NCBI GenBank assembly: GCA_964482515.1
Contig: CAYZXT010000006.1
Span: 28,521 to 92,520, forward strand
Source of the DNA: an uncultured Elusimicrobia bacterium
GTDB lineage: Bacteria; Elusimicrobiota; Elusimicrobia; FEN-1173
Length of the DNA stretch: 64,000 nucleotides
Reading direction: 5' to 3'
The position numbers and the translations under genes are program-made. Positions 18,201 to 23,319 of the stretch are shown one piece after another; position 1 is the stretch's first letter; each line of letters opens with the position of its first letter. Below the pieces are notes generated by a model. It did not search any database, was not told the DNA's origin, and worked only from the letters and a program-made list of their open reading frames with translations.

Positions 18201-19853
18201 ATTCTTCCGCCGCCAAAGCGCCGTCATACCCTCGGTGTGGAACCCGCCGGTCACCAGGACGGCGGAGGTTTGCTTTTCTTCTTTCATTTTCCTGAGCAGG
18301 TTTTCGGTGAGGGCTTCATTGCGGGCCAAAGCCAGACGGCAGAAATCTTCGAACGGTTTCAGCAATTCCGCGCGTATGGCGGGAAAAGCCGGAGAGCCCG
18401 ACGACAGAGAGCGGGCCCGGTCCGCCATGTTGAGGATCAACGGGCGTCGTTCCGTATAATCGGCCCAATGCCGCGGCGTCATTTCCGTGCGGAGCAATTT
18501 CGTCAGCAGGGCCTGGTCGCGTCCCAACCCCGCCAGTTCCTTTTGCGCCGGCTCAAAAGTGAGCCCGGCTTCGACTGTTTTTTCCATCCGTTCCAACTCG
18601 TCCAACAACTTGTCCCGGTTTATGCGCTCCGCGGACTGGACGTAGGTCATATAATCGGACAACTGCGGATAGCCGGTCAGGTCGATGTTCTTTTCCCGGC
18701 AAAGATCGCGCATATACGCGTAATATTCCCCGTAGCTCCTTTGACCGGCGCGGTACTCGACGCTCGCCCGCACCAGTTCATCCAGGGACTCCCGGCTCAG
18801 TCGCGATACCAGGCGATCGATCAAATCAAGCCGCTCGCGTTCCACCTTTTTGAAATCCAGTTTTTTCTCCCACCGGATCGCCCGGGACAACAGGGCCACG
18901 TTGGGATAGGCCCCGGCATCCGCGCGGGAGGAAAGAAAATCCACGTAAGCGCCCAGCCCTGTTTTACCCGCCTGGAAAGTTTGATAGAAGCGGTCGAACT
19001 CCTTGAGCCCGGGCGAATAAATTTTTTCTTTCAGACCGCTCACGGCCTCGGCCAGACCCGAGAGGAACTCCTCCGCTTCCCTCCGGCGGTCCTGGGCCGA
19101 GAGCACCGCGCGGGTGTTGTCGGCGTAAAGGTCGCCCGTCTCCACGCCCCAGAGGAGCGGCGCGACCTCCGACACCAACCCCAAATATTCCGCACCGCCC
19201 ACGTATCCTTCCTCCAGGAAATAGTCCGCGAGCTGTTGGTTCATTTCTTTCCCGGCCTCGGGCAGGGCCTTGTATTTTTCCATCTCGAAGTAGCCCTCGG
19301 CGCCCTCCAACCCCACGAGCTTCACCCCGCGCCCATCCTTCAGTCCCTGCAGGATGCGGGCGATGTTCTTTTGCGCGTCGTAGGCGCCATGGATGTCTTG
19401 AATGTGGATGATGAGGGGCGAATCCGATTTAGCCAAATGGATTTCCCGGACGCTTCCATAGGGCAAGACCAATCGGGAAAGCCAAGCGGGAACAATCCCG
19501 TTCTTGGCCCACTTCACGTTTTCAGAGAGGTCATGGGCGGACAAGGGAGCCAGAGATGGGGCGAGGGTGGATCCGTTCAGGGTTTCGGGAAGTCCCAGCG
19601 GGATTTGGCCGGTGGGAAGCTGGGCGAGGAGTTGATAGTCCCGGGATGAAAGACTGTTCGCGCGGCCCGGGTTATTTTGCGCCGAAGAGCGGGATACGGA
19701 TCTTCGTTCCTCCCAAAAGTTCGCCTCGGCCAAGGGCGATGCGACCGTTGAATAAAATAACAAGGCGCAGAGGGCGGCGGCGAGGCTCTTTTTGCTCGGT
19801 CCTTGCGCGCTGAAAGGCCTGAAAATCGAGCGGGTTCGGCGGATTATATCCAT
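6285..19853 (-). CDS. giant (4,522 aa) polytopic membrane protein: conserved N-domain, multi-AAA+ block, two HExxH motifs, 4 tandem modules, C-terminal domain
   Basis: ATG 19853 to TAA 6285-6287, uninterrupted. Composition is protein-like throughout, while overlapping ORFs are R/P/G/A-rich shadows. Motifs read directly: GSPGTGKS (14802-14825) with LLVLDEANLA (~14611-14645); GASGRGKD (13896-13919) with VVLVVSELD (~13715-13750); IATINGADFSGRERLSTALQNRVIF (~13560-13640); HEAGH (13038-13052); HEALH (7431-7445). Hydrophobic clusters lie near 17150-17480, 11860-12075 and 7270-7850. Confidence 0.9.
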   Translation of the reverse strand: MDIIRRTRSIFRPFSAQGPSKKSLAAALCALLFYSTVASPLAEANFWEERRSVSRSSAQNNPGRANSLSSRDYQLLAQLPTGQIPLGLPETLNGSTLAPSLAPLSAHDLSENVKWAKNGIVPAWLSRLVLPYGSVREIHLAKSDSPLIIHIQDIHGAYDAQKNIARILQGLKDGRGVKLVGLEGAEGYFEMEKYKALPEAGKEMNQQLADYFLEEGYVGGAEYLGLVSEVAPLLWGVETGDLYADNTRAVLSAQDRRREAEEFLSGLAEAVSGLKEKIYSPGLKEFDRFYQTFQAGKTGLGAYVDFLSSRADAGAYPNVALLSRAIRWEKKLDFKKVERERLDLIDRLVSRLSRESLDELVRASVEYRAGQRSYGEYYAYMRDLCREKNIDLTGYPQLSDYMTYVQSAERINRDKLLDELERMEKTVEAGLTFEPAQKELAGLGRDQALLTKLLRTEMTPRHWADYTERRPLILNMADRARSLSSGSPAFPAIRAELLKPFEDFCRLALARNEALTENLLRKMKEEKQTSAVLVTGGFHTEGMTALWRRKNASYVVVTPKVENIDQAKNYMDIFSRDPLPIEKIFAGEPISLIFARFTSPGLIRRLAEPFQRRIQAHDFAVKANALAATVEGSQARWRENKLPSGERRKNLRALIEKAKAWWGWSIGFGENGLLIARPGAPSVVAEFPVGGADSFQSVRFSPPRRLSVPWWKNLWGSRSLILSSTKAYYENAVKHAPEWLRNPMISHKLLGYSVIEEAGLAPAASARKEIEARGQPTLTRWRAFWMGRAPGLILMAAWNLKAVLLEANPLLLAIVMSFWLVAAVYYAAHQASFVFRHENKSPVDFAVRLFAVVLFNLAALAAPRLFLSGFDGPLYSLLAMVIGFVLAVAVHTGWNKIFRRFPMTMGSPWADPSLTDLLNEGRGLTFVNTPRDVEALDVRLREIVAANGNIPYLRLTLRDDTDLDDLLNPARVINGRFGEAKSPLLQLIERGGVLFLDYTNSDPKTVAGFNQLFGDSPEYLGVKASPSLRIVGAVREDQLREFSVDFYSRSLTGEFQADADYADPLEGLSQVDDPEAFNGLRAELFESDDIDIKDALVARYRLLPNGSVRWEEGALVRAMREGRPLLIQGGVWRDEQGIPNTRLSHMVRQALLNGGILSNGKWVAAREGFSVHWAEGGYGRRALENKRVVPAGETAWPAERAWVLNRETQHQLFEFTRIDSQGTLSQGAGLLERMGADGGRLRVLITDPEIPESLWHRLLHMGGELEIELGVGVEVPLRYRGMLPAVRRTRAPDPESWEMARDRRVSLVEGSDPSGLLARIMRDVSERNGQPPLVYPVTPATILDDLSMASELLPGGRLRAVKRQVLEALERGETVVLAGMESNPDLLRQLETALHENPYLVVNGEVRPFAGKGENVLTGRLILLSHIGSGAGVSVLHRAVLDISVRDIVEELKREFSGALTESDIEKVLSLRRAFETVPPPARRGLYPARADFSLGRLRLLCRQARNPDGTLDWMRAFEDVYLDDYADDPNVAAFLRTAARRTFRPKEAGLTGRSIHGPKLKAAMNKIVAPATWKDRFWEFADTLSLDLLDEAGVPESFDRAGAGRALELIQDALIAAHLGDDREGFYRALFRKANASVDQAPSINDKAGPVEESWDKRLGRVRRILAKSPAVFLKGSPGTGKSFAAKGLADALGLRMFGPVTIGVDAQEQDSNDDETGRASAFADITRWALHDGPALLVLDEANLARPDFWRFFGGLFVGEGETPYMWIEGRKIDMEGKKVVFTGNQETLQDRKYQDFLAPHVPTVAFPEFDEAFFRQRLEEYVSPDAPNAAALRALLLGVFETVRRVAGWEEGQGISLRDLQELSARAQVLSGSGNIVEEALLAAWEMFSPSLSPEGRVALRHALRLKFAVDAEALQNAWIEDLRNEGAQLYRSRALTLSRTTMRLAAAVGDFLIMREYRMKRNGLAAGKRGMILEGASGRGKDVTVVRVLESSGYEAVKAGAAAPGPRSFCHINASPRFDELEKAIVWAKENGVVLVVSELDVLPSGYLEGKLNDVLTDDNTDAKGFAFIATINGADFSGRERLSTALQNRVIFRREMDYDKDDLSEYALDIVTEFGTKAPALSDEDMAYIVRAHLWIQNALPRSRERPTPREFKRALLVAASGVSAEEAVERVYGPIYLRRMLRGQELPGRKALASLEFRSGLDKVKAIGRIAQFILPVHQRPVTISLKPAGQSAAGTYKAQKVDIAFREDQFDGQDWLNTLEHEAGHGLFTRDFAGLTPTSAPDFFLSLAGLQAPADPFEDVYQDLEDLRHKRAMRQHFPGSITQDNDHESVYFQRDLERGIAGDWKGLFSLAPKKIFQLALIAYGRKEISRTQLEAAASAWLERYGEVNLNPFALALRHLDVVDEIFQNGIPETLEEDEILYRQYLALKAMQRIKLDGEFLSLGAVPVRSPKEKSVLPRPGSVDVGKVLGRIGEVDLSGPPREMEERAVPEEPLEDVVEDLQDQRNEILKSLSDELGLMEDDLPLASEERLREIIAQLTDNKAPRSILTALGFLGDKDLTARKAKILAIAQAKLKSNKAPAGSRFRMRRLALAAGVLLASGILALLVVHANSGSSALPAMIPRIPEPELLRGMPNYLPLVIIVGLSLLASMVYGGIKLSAARAEGVSTEDSRLTRFLGFLGRIRISQMGRLAGLFGRVASETVGSRYDGIEGAHESKARDDNNDVQISESVSARPVPSVLSEESRYSKMKELSTTVSSLLDAEASAFVQRRATPGREFGPPGTGTLYLPKFLRNPLRGFRRGGMPTASTRPPLLVHGLPANGGNLIAGEFVHFLKDRGFEVVVVSGTLDEPQAAAYLKEAPYIIMSARELQSRVEAAYIYAVARRDRERAPVLKEAPVDSVYPDNVLDASGHFPTIEEQRRILVETFGENQVRLLLHGNLGLTLDRDYEVSWDALWKKCPSIESIIIREDGPSDLRIFNGLRGLRTIFIPPGKFSDDDVGLFFGNENDPMRIVVHVWDEEIVRQSYSASTFTPGLSNENLISEMEEACREFVPPHLTRDIYVRLGVSRKYEIKPTKVATVPDLMKMTEYSRRASILIFVDHDQFTDADMARIVLSAPFPEGVSIEEIQEIIMQGETPRFMDYSKAVAYCRAHPEEFTVTLPGATPPAAQRTVQPADTPDPFPAIEEQREALIDIFGPEKVKVDRNGDLELTVDDRDLFPYRECESLWKHCPSIRTIIVGENGTLSINFYEGIRGLRNIQLPAGRFHRVELERFYREAENSGRIRIYSDNPSGGMKWFSAADFIPGSGFKEVRAIIREKLGRHNMMSSVTAEFMQDMWQLRIRLSQGLGVDELRVLTGFSEMREVFLMSEGFQIDEFFMTFFILTSPVPENVHFIFSSDEGESRSMSYSEAVAYYRAHPKQFSLMALPGTTPPAAQRTVQPADTPDPFPTIEEQRRILVDTFGENQVHLRDDGPLELMLDRDYAVSWDVLWRKCPSIESIIIKEDGPSDLRVFSGLRGLKTMSIPEGKFRKKDIRSFYQDYSPAPKAFIAEISRSGKGKKTYRMDHIFPSYNDSVIAAELSNDLKAIVGPAAANESSIHPSSFGEFTFFVGASIKGSDMLKMVQYLNVRNLKIVIEEGQFSEAVLSRIILSSPRPEAVKIGFFKSFRTIAYPEAVAYRRAHPEEFADMGPIATPAPAAEDRFPTLESQVTRARDLFGPSATVEKNVFGLLVNVGQRQEPLEGMGSLPSLGILHLEASRVKDLSPLFGLRALHKVFVSDGQFPEAMIVNLFLHHPNPKDLIVDSGSKQYDHAWALSGKFGEPTNPTEEMMGTLRGLMRSLSKEETRVEDNSSVISINLEGLSEWLIIHRVLNELTTGITVPCTIKVNAAFPKKAMLDFILKCRVPEYVQVYFVGDDGKVSDIMGYEDAAKAYSSRERDAQSEPTAHGPRSELLNRLLETLVDRSAALKKVRDWFEAEGESDAYDRLFEDIERRAVSRETWRQGLWAAALFGVAAAAFLVSAQFLAASFGFAASSLGAAAAWPLAGLVLMGILRLVLAAAARSGAAYETPDGRAPPLFGFRSVRVEPGVDLLEFEKNTHALVLNPSLAHFVYHSNPVFKVLSRAGLYILGVPGHEALHGLGVVSERWAYFAAQVLPVSLGFLAGSLAGGVAGGIVLAMVFSALLSAAFRAILSARQDSVSEVSVVPVPVAVDDSWHVKESGFRDRARVWLRGIAPARNFGVDALGLPRIHIRLASNAFVDGTPDPAALRGALTKGLARESARGGDRGAAYVLGRALESLGDNAPGDAWSPRGHETFRSDILAAYAGRVVFTKVSARMRGGKDVFAEVPADVMKKGAARASVSGLLAAFVANNAGTAGDTANTLTLIVRDPRQASPDFWQGMSADAAFNAGRDREEFMRDYDVLLRQGNIRIILAGERPSLIASARAEVSLLDGAILRMDRLLSALEKAGQLDPKNAVIFASDQVELGVYKDVVVLVPIFRLVESLQEGLKALGLFLTSA
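8040..11100 (-). repeat. four in-frame tandem protein modules (~805, 798, 762 and ~700 nt) inside giant ORF 1
   Basis: Module starts are marked by (P/H/R)FPT(I/L)E(E/S)Q at nt ~11100, 10295, 9497 and 8735. Each has two LRR-like halves and ends in (Y/M)xEAVAYxRAHPEEF-type linkers. Hand-counted DNA identity between copies: 85/88 (9475-9562 vs 10273-10360), 58/60 (9439-9498 vs 11041-11100), 115/125 (9281-9405 vs 10883-11007). Confidence 0.85.
13560..17150 (-). other. multi-AAA+ (AAA_5/MoxR/midasin-like) block, two units with intact Walker A/B and upstream degenerate units
   Basis: There are two P-loop/Walker-B pairs (see the CDS entry), each followed by an ATxN...GR..L..AL.NR-type segment. Upstream units lack the P-loop Lys but keep Walker-B-like strands (GGVLFLDYTNSDPKTVAGFNQLF; GETVVLAGMESNPDLLRQLETAL). 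Confidence 0.6.
18085..19722 (-). other. conserved N-terminal domain of giant ORF 1 (paralogous to 44230-45870)
   Basis: Alignable by eye block by block with giant ORF 2: FWEERR/FWQDRR; IHIQDIHGAYDAQKNI/VLVQDAHEIYSAQLNI; LVGLEGAEG/LIGLEGAAG; LWGVETGDLY/MLGVETPTLY; LDFKKVERERLDLIDRLVSRL/LDFKAVESERLQLVKILSHRL; VLVTGGFHTEG...VVVTPKV/VIVVGGFHAPA...VTVTPKV; PLPIEKIFAGE/VPLEKMFLGE. Confidence 0.85.
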
Positions 19854-19935
19854 GCCAACAAGTATATAGGGGGTGGATAAAATCCGCCTTATTCATTAGT
19901 AACATATGTGTAAATTTTATAATGACGTTACCGTC
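19854..19935 (-). promoter_or_regulatory. upstream region of giant ORF 1 carrying motifs shared with the giant ORF 2 upstream region
   Basis: Minus-strand reading: ...AATTTACAcatATgTTACtAAT...ATCCaCccCCTATATActtgttggcATG. There is no Shine-Dalgarno sequence before the ATG. Confidence 0.45.
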
Positions 19936-19994
19936 GGAGACAGTCCCGACCGCCCTCTGGGACCGGATGAAAATGTCTCTATTTTATAGCTCGT

Positions 19995-21299
19995 TTATTG
20001 TTTGGTTCGCGGGGAAAGATATTCGGCCAAATGAAGGGTCTTAATTTTGGATTTAGCGCGGCGCAGGCCGAACCGGACCTGGAGCAGGCAGGAGATGCTG
20101 GAGGTGAGAACGTAGTCCGCCCCAGTCGAAAGGATGTTCTTGGTCTTGCGGTCCAGCACCGCGCGGGAAATCTCCGGGTGGACGAAACTGTAGGTCCCCC
20201 CGCCGCCGCAGCATTGCTCCGCTTCGGGCAACTCCCGGTAATCGATGTTCGCGGACCGGGCGAGGATCTGCCGCGGCGGATCGACGATCTTCTGGGCGTA
20301 GCGCGCCTTGCAGGGGTCGTGGTAGGTGACTTTGTTGTTTTGTTCAAGCGCCGGCGACCGAAGGCCTTTTTCCAAAAACCATTCGCTGAGGTCGCGCGTG
20401 CGCCGTGAAACGGTTTCCGCCCGGCGCAGCCAGTCGGGTTCGCCGTCGAACAACTGCGGATATTCTTTGATTGTCGAGGAGCAGGAGGAATCATCCACCA
20501 GGATGATCGCTTTCGGATATTTCTCCAACTCGACGATGTTCTTGCGGGCCATGGCCCGCGCCGCGTCGAGGTCGCCGTAGCTGACGCCCGGCATGCCGCA
20601 GCAAACGTTGTCGGCGCAGCCGGACTTGAAACCCGCCGAGCGTATGATCCGCGCGGTGGCCTCGCCCACCTGCGGCATGATGAAGTTCGATCCGCAGGCG
20701 ACGAACTGAATGATTTCCGCGTCCGGCGGAGGCGTTGCGTCGCCAAGCCTGTCGCGTAAGAACGTCGAAGGGACTTCCTCCGCCAGTTCTTCCGCGTCCG
20801 CGAGTTTGGGGCTGATCATCCGCAGCAAACCGGCGCGGTTCATCCAGCGGCTGACGCCCAGGCGCTTGCCGATAAACAGAATTTTCAGGAACGGCTCGAA
20901 CACCTTCGGCCGCGGCAGCAGGACGCGCAGGACGAACTTCAGGAACAGCGGCTGGCCGTGCTTCTCCGTGATCTTTTCCCGGGCCGCCACCATCAGCTTC
21001 GCCGTGGGAACCTCGGAAAAACACACCGACGTGCAGATGCCGCAGAGCAAACAGGTGGAGAAAAGCTTTTCCGCCTCGGCCGGGTCCGCGAGGCGGCCTT
21101 CCAGCACCGCGCGAAACGCCTGGTTCCGCCCGCGCGGCGACAGACCCTCGTCGCCCGTGGCCAGATAGGTCGGGCAGAACGACGTGCAGAAGCCGCAGCG
21201 GTTGCAGTGCATCGCGTCCGCGTAGTAGGCCTTGTCGGCCGGGCGGTTCAAAGCCGCCGGGCGGGAGATGAGGTCGATCTTTGACGGTTCGTCGGGCAT
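19995..21299 (-). CDS. glcF: glycolate oxidase-type Fe-S subunit (GlcF-like, 2x 4Fe-4S + 2x CCG domains)
   Basis: CNRCGFCTSFCPTY and CLLCGICTSVC ferredoxin motifs; CCGMPG and QCCGGGGTY cysteine-rich CCG motifs. Confidence 0.8.
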   Translation of the reverse strand: MPDEPSKIDLISRPAALNRPADKAYYADAMHCNRCGFCTSFCPTYLATGDEGLSPRGRNQAFRAVLEGRLADPAEAEKLFSTCLLCGICTSVCFSEVPTAKLMVAAREKITEKHGQPLFLKFVLRVLLPRPKVFEPFLKILFIGKRLGVSRWMNRAGLLRMISPKLADAEELAEEVPSTFLRDRLGDATPPPDAEIIQFVACGSNFIMPQVGEATARIIRSAGFKSGCADNVCCGMPGVSYGDLDAARAMARKNIVELEKYPKAIILVDDSSCSSTIKEYPQLFDGEPDWLRRAETVSRRTRDLSEWFLEKGLRSPALEQNNKVTYHDPCKARYAQKIVDPPRQILARSANIDYRELPEAEQCCGGGGTYSFVHPEISRAVLDRKTKNILSTGADYVLTSSISCLLQVRFGLRRAKSKIKTLHLAEYLSPRTKQ

Positions 21300-21300
21300 A

Positions 21301-23319
21301 TCAGGCGAAGATCGTCGGATTCAGGATGTTCCCGGGATCGCAGACGGCCTTCACGCGGCGGTGCAGTTCCGTCGGAACGAAGGGCCTCGGGTGGGGATCC
21401 AGTTCGAGCTTGTCCGCCGGAAAGGGCCAGAGGCGGAGCGTGACTTGGACGATGACGCCCAGGGTCCCCCAGGCGCCGAGGAAAAGCTTTTGCGCGTCGT
21501 ATCCCGCCACGTTCTTCATGACCTTGGCGCCCAGGTCGAGCAGTTCCCCTCCGGGCAGGACGACCTTCAGGCCGATGACCTGGTCCCGCAGGGACGGCGC
21601 GCGGCTTGAGCGCGTGGACAGGATTCCGCCCAGCGATCCGTGTCCGCCCAGGTGGAGATATTGCCCGGCGGATTTCAGGACGGCGGCCAGCTCGACGGGC
21701 GAAGCGCCCGCCTCCACGGTCAGAGTGAAATTGGATCTGTCGTGGTCGACGACCCGCGTCAGCGCGTCCGTCTTGAGCGTGAAGGCCCCCTCCGGGACGA
21801 GGAGCTTCTTGGTGCCGACGCCTTGGACGTAGAGGGGACGCTTTTGCTTCTCCGCGGTGAAAAGGATGTCGCGCAGGTCGTCCAGCTTCACGGGCCGCAG
21901 GCCCCCGCGCTCGGGAAGGGGTCCGGATTTCCAGGGAACCGATTTTTCCCCCTTCGCGTCGGGGATCAGTTTCTCGGGGTTGCAAAAATTATCCGGATCG
22001 AAGGCGCGTTTCAAGCCGCGGAAGAAATGCAGCGTGCTCGGCGTGAATAGCCAGCGCATGGCCTCGCGCTTGTCGATGCCGATGCCGTGTTCCCCGGAGA
22101 TGCTGCCGCCCAGGTCCACGCAGACCTTGAGCATTTCATACCCCGCGGCCTTGACCCGCCGCGTCTCCTCGACGTCGCGCTCGTCGAAAACGATGTTGGG
22201 ATGGAGGTTGCCGTCGCCGGCGTGGGCGATCAGGCCCATGCGCAATTTCTCCCGCGCCGCGATGGCGCGGATGCGCCGCACCGCTTCGGGCAGGAGCTGC
22301 CGCGGCACCACGCCGTCCTCGACCAGGACGTTGGGGCCGAGGCGCGCCATGGCCGGGTAGGAGCCGCGCCGACCCTCCCAGAGTTTCTCGCGTTCCGCCT
22401 CGTCTTTGGCCTGGCGGATTTCCCCGCAATCGTTCTTCCGGCAGATCTCCCGGATTTTCTCCACGGCGCGGGCCGTCGCCGCTTTGTCGCCGTCCACTTC
22501 AATCAACAACACCGCTTCGGCGTCCAGCGGATATCCGGCGTGGACAAAAGCTTCCACCGCCGCGATGGTCGTCCGGTCCATGATCTCCAACGTGGTCGGG
22601 ATGATCCCGGCGGTCACGATGTCCGTCACGGTCTGCACCGCGGCCTCCATCATGAAAAATGAAACCAGCAGCGTTTGCACGTCTTCCGGAACGGGAAGGA
22701 GCTTCACTTCGATCTTCGTGACGATCCCCAGCGTGCCCTCGGAGCCGACGAATAGCCCCGTCAAGTCGGGCCCGGGATCGTCGATCGACACTTTCACCAT
22801 TTCCCCGTCGGGAAGGACGACCTCAAGGCCGGTAACGTGGTGTGTGGTGACGCCGTACTTCAGGCAATGGGGGCCGCCCGCATTGGTGCCGACGTTGCCG
22901 CCGAGGGTCGAGGCTTTCTGGCTGGCGGGGTCCGGCGCGTAGAACAACCCCAGCGGCGCCAGTTCCTTCTGCAAATGGAGGTTGATCACGCCCGGCTCCA
23001 CCCAGGCGCGACGCCGCTCTTTGTCGATGGAGATGATTTTATTCAGCCGCGCCAAGTGGATGACCACGCCGTTCTCTTTCGGGATCGCGCCGCCGCAAAG
23101 GTTTGTGCCCGCGCCGCGCGCCACGAAGGGGACGCCCGCGTCGTGGGCCGCCTTCACCACAGCCGCGACCTGCTCCGCGCTGCGCGGCAGGGCCACGGCG
23201 CCTGGCAGGGTCTTGTCCACCGCGCCATCGTAGGAATAGACGAACATCGAGGCGGGATCGGTCAGGAGGCCGTCGGGGTCCAGAATGCTTTTGAGTTGTT
23301 TGAGCAGCGCGTCATTCAC
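21301..23319 (-). CDS. glcD: FAD-linked oxidase, apparent GlcD-GlcE fusion
   Basis: The N-terminal ~460 aa have an FAD_binding_4/GlcD-like order (ARGAGTNLCGGAIP..., HAGDGNLHPN, SGEHGIGIDK). The C-terminal ~200 aa look like a second, GlcE-like FAD-binding module (LYVQGVGTK...VVDHDRSNFTLTVEAG). The gene ends 1 nt before glcF. Confidence 0.8.
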   Translation of the reverse strand: MNDALLKQLKSILDPDGLLTDPASMFVYSYDGAVDKTLPGAVALPRSAEQVAAVVKAAHDAGVPFVARGAGTNLCGGAIPKENGVVIHLARLNKIISIDKERRRAWVEPGVINLHLQKELAPLGLFYAPDPASQKASTLGGNVGTNAGGPHCLKYGVTTHHVTGLEVVLPDGEMVKVSIDDPGPDLTGLFVGSEGTLGIVTKIEVKLLPVPEDVQTLLVSFFMMEAAVQTVTDIVTAGIIPTTLEIMDRTTIAAVEAFVHAGYPLDAEAVLLIEVDGDKAATARAVEKIREICRKNDCGEIRQAKDEAEREKLWEGRRGSYPAMARLGPNVLVEDGVVPRQLLPEAVRRIRAIAAREKLRMGLIAHAGDGNLHPNIVFDERDVEETRRVKAAGYEMLKVCVDLGGSISGEHGIGIDKREAMRWLFTPSTLHFFRGLKRAFDPDNFCNPEKLIPDAKGEKSVPWKSGPLPERGGLRPVKLDDLRDILFTAEKQKRPLYVQGVGTKKLLVPEGAFTLKTDALTRVVDHDRSNFTLTVEAGASPVELAAVLKSAGQYLHLGGHGSLGGILSTRSSRAPSLRDQVIGLKVVLPGGELLDLGAKVMKNVAGYDAQKLFLGAWGTLGVIVQVTLRLWPFPADKLELDPHPRPFVPTELHRRVKAVCDPGNILNPTIFA

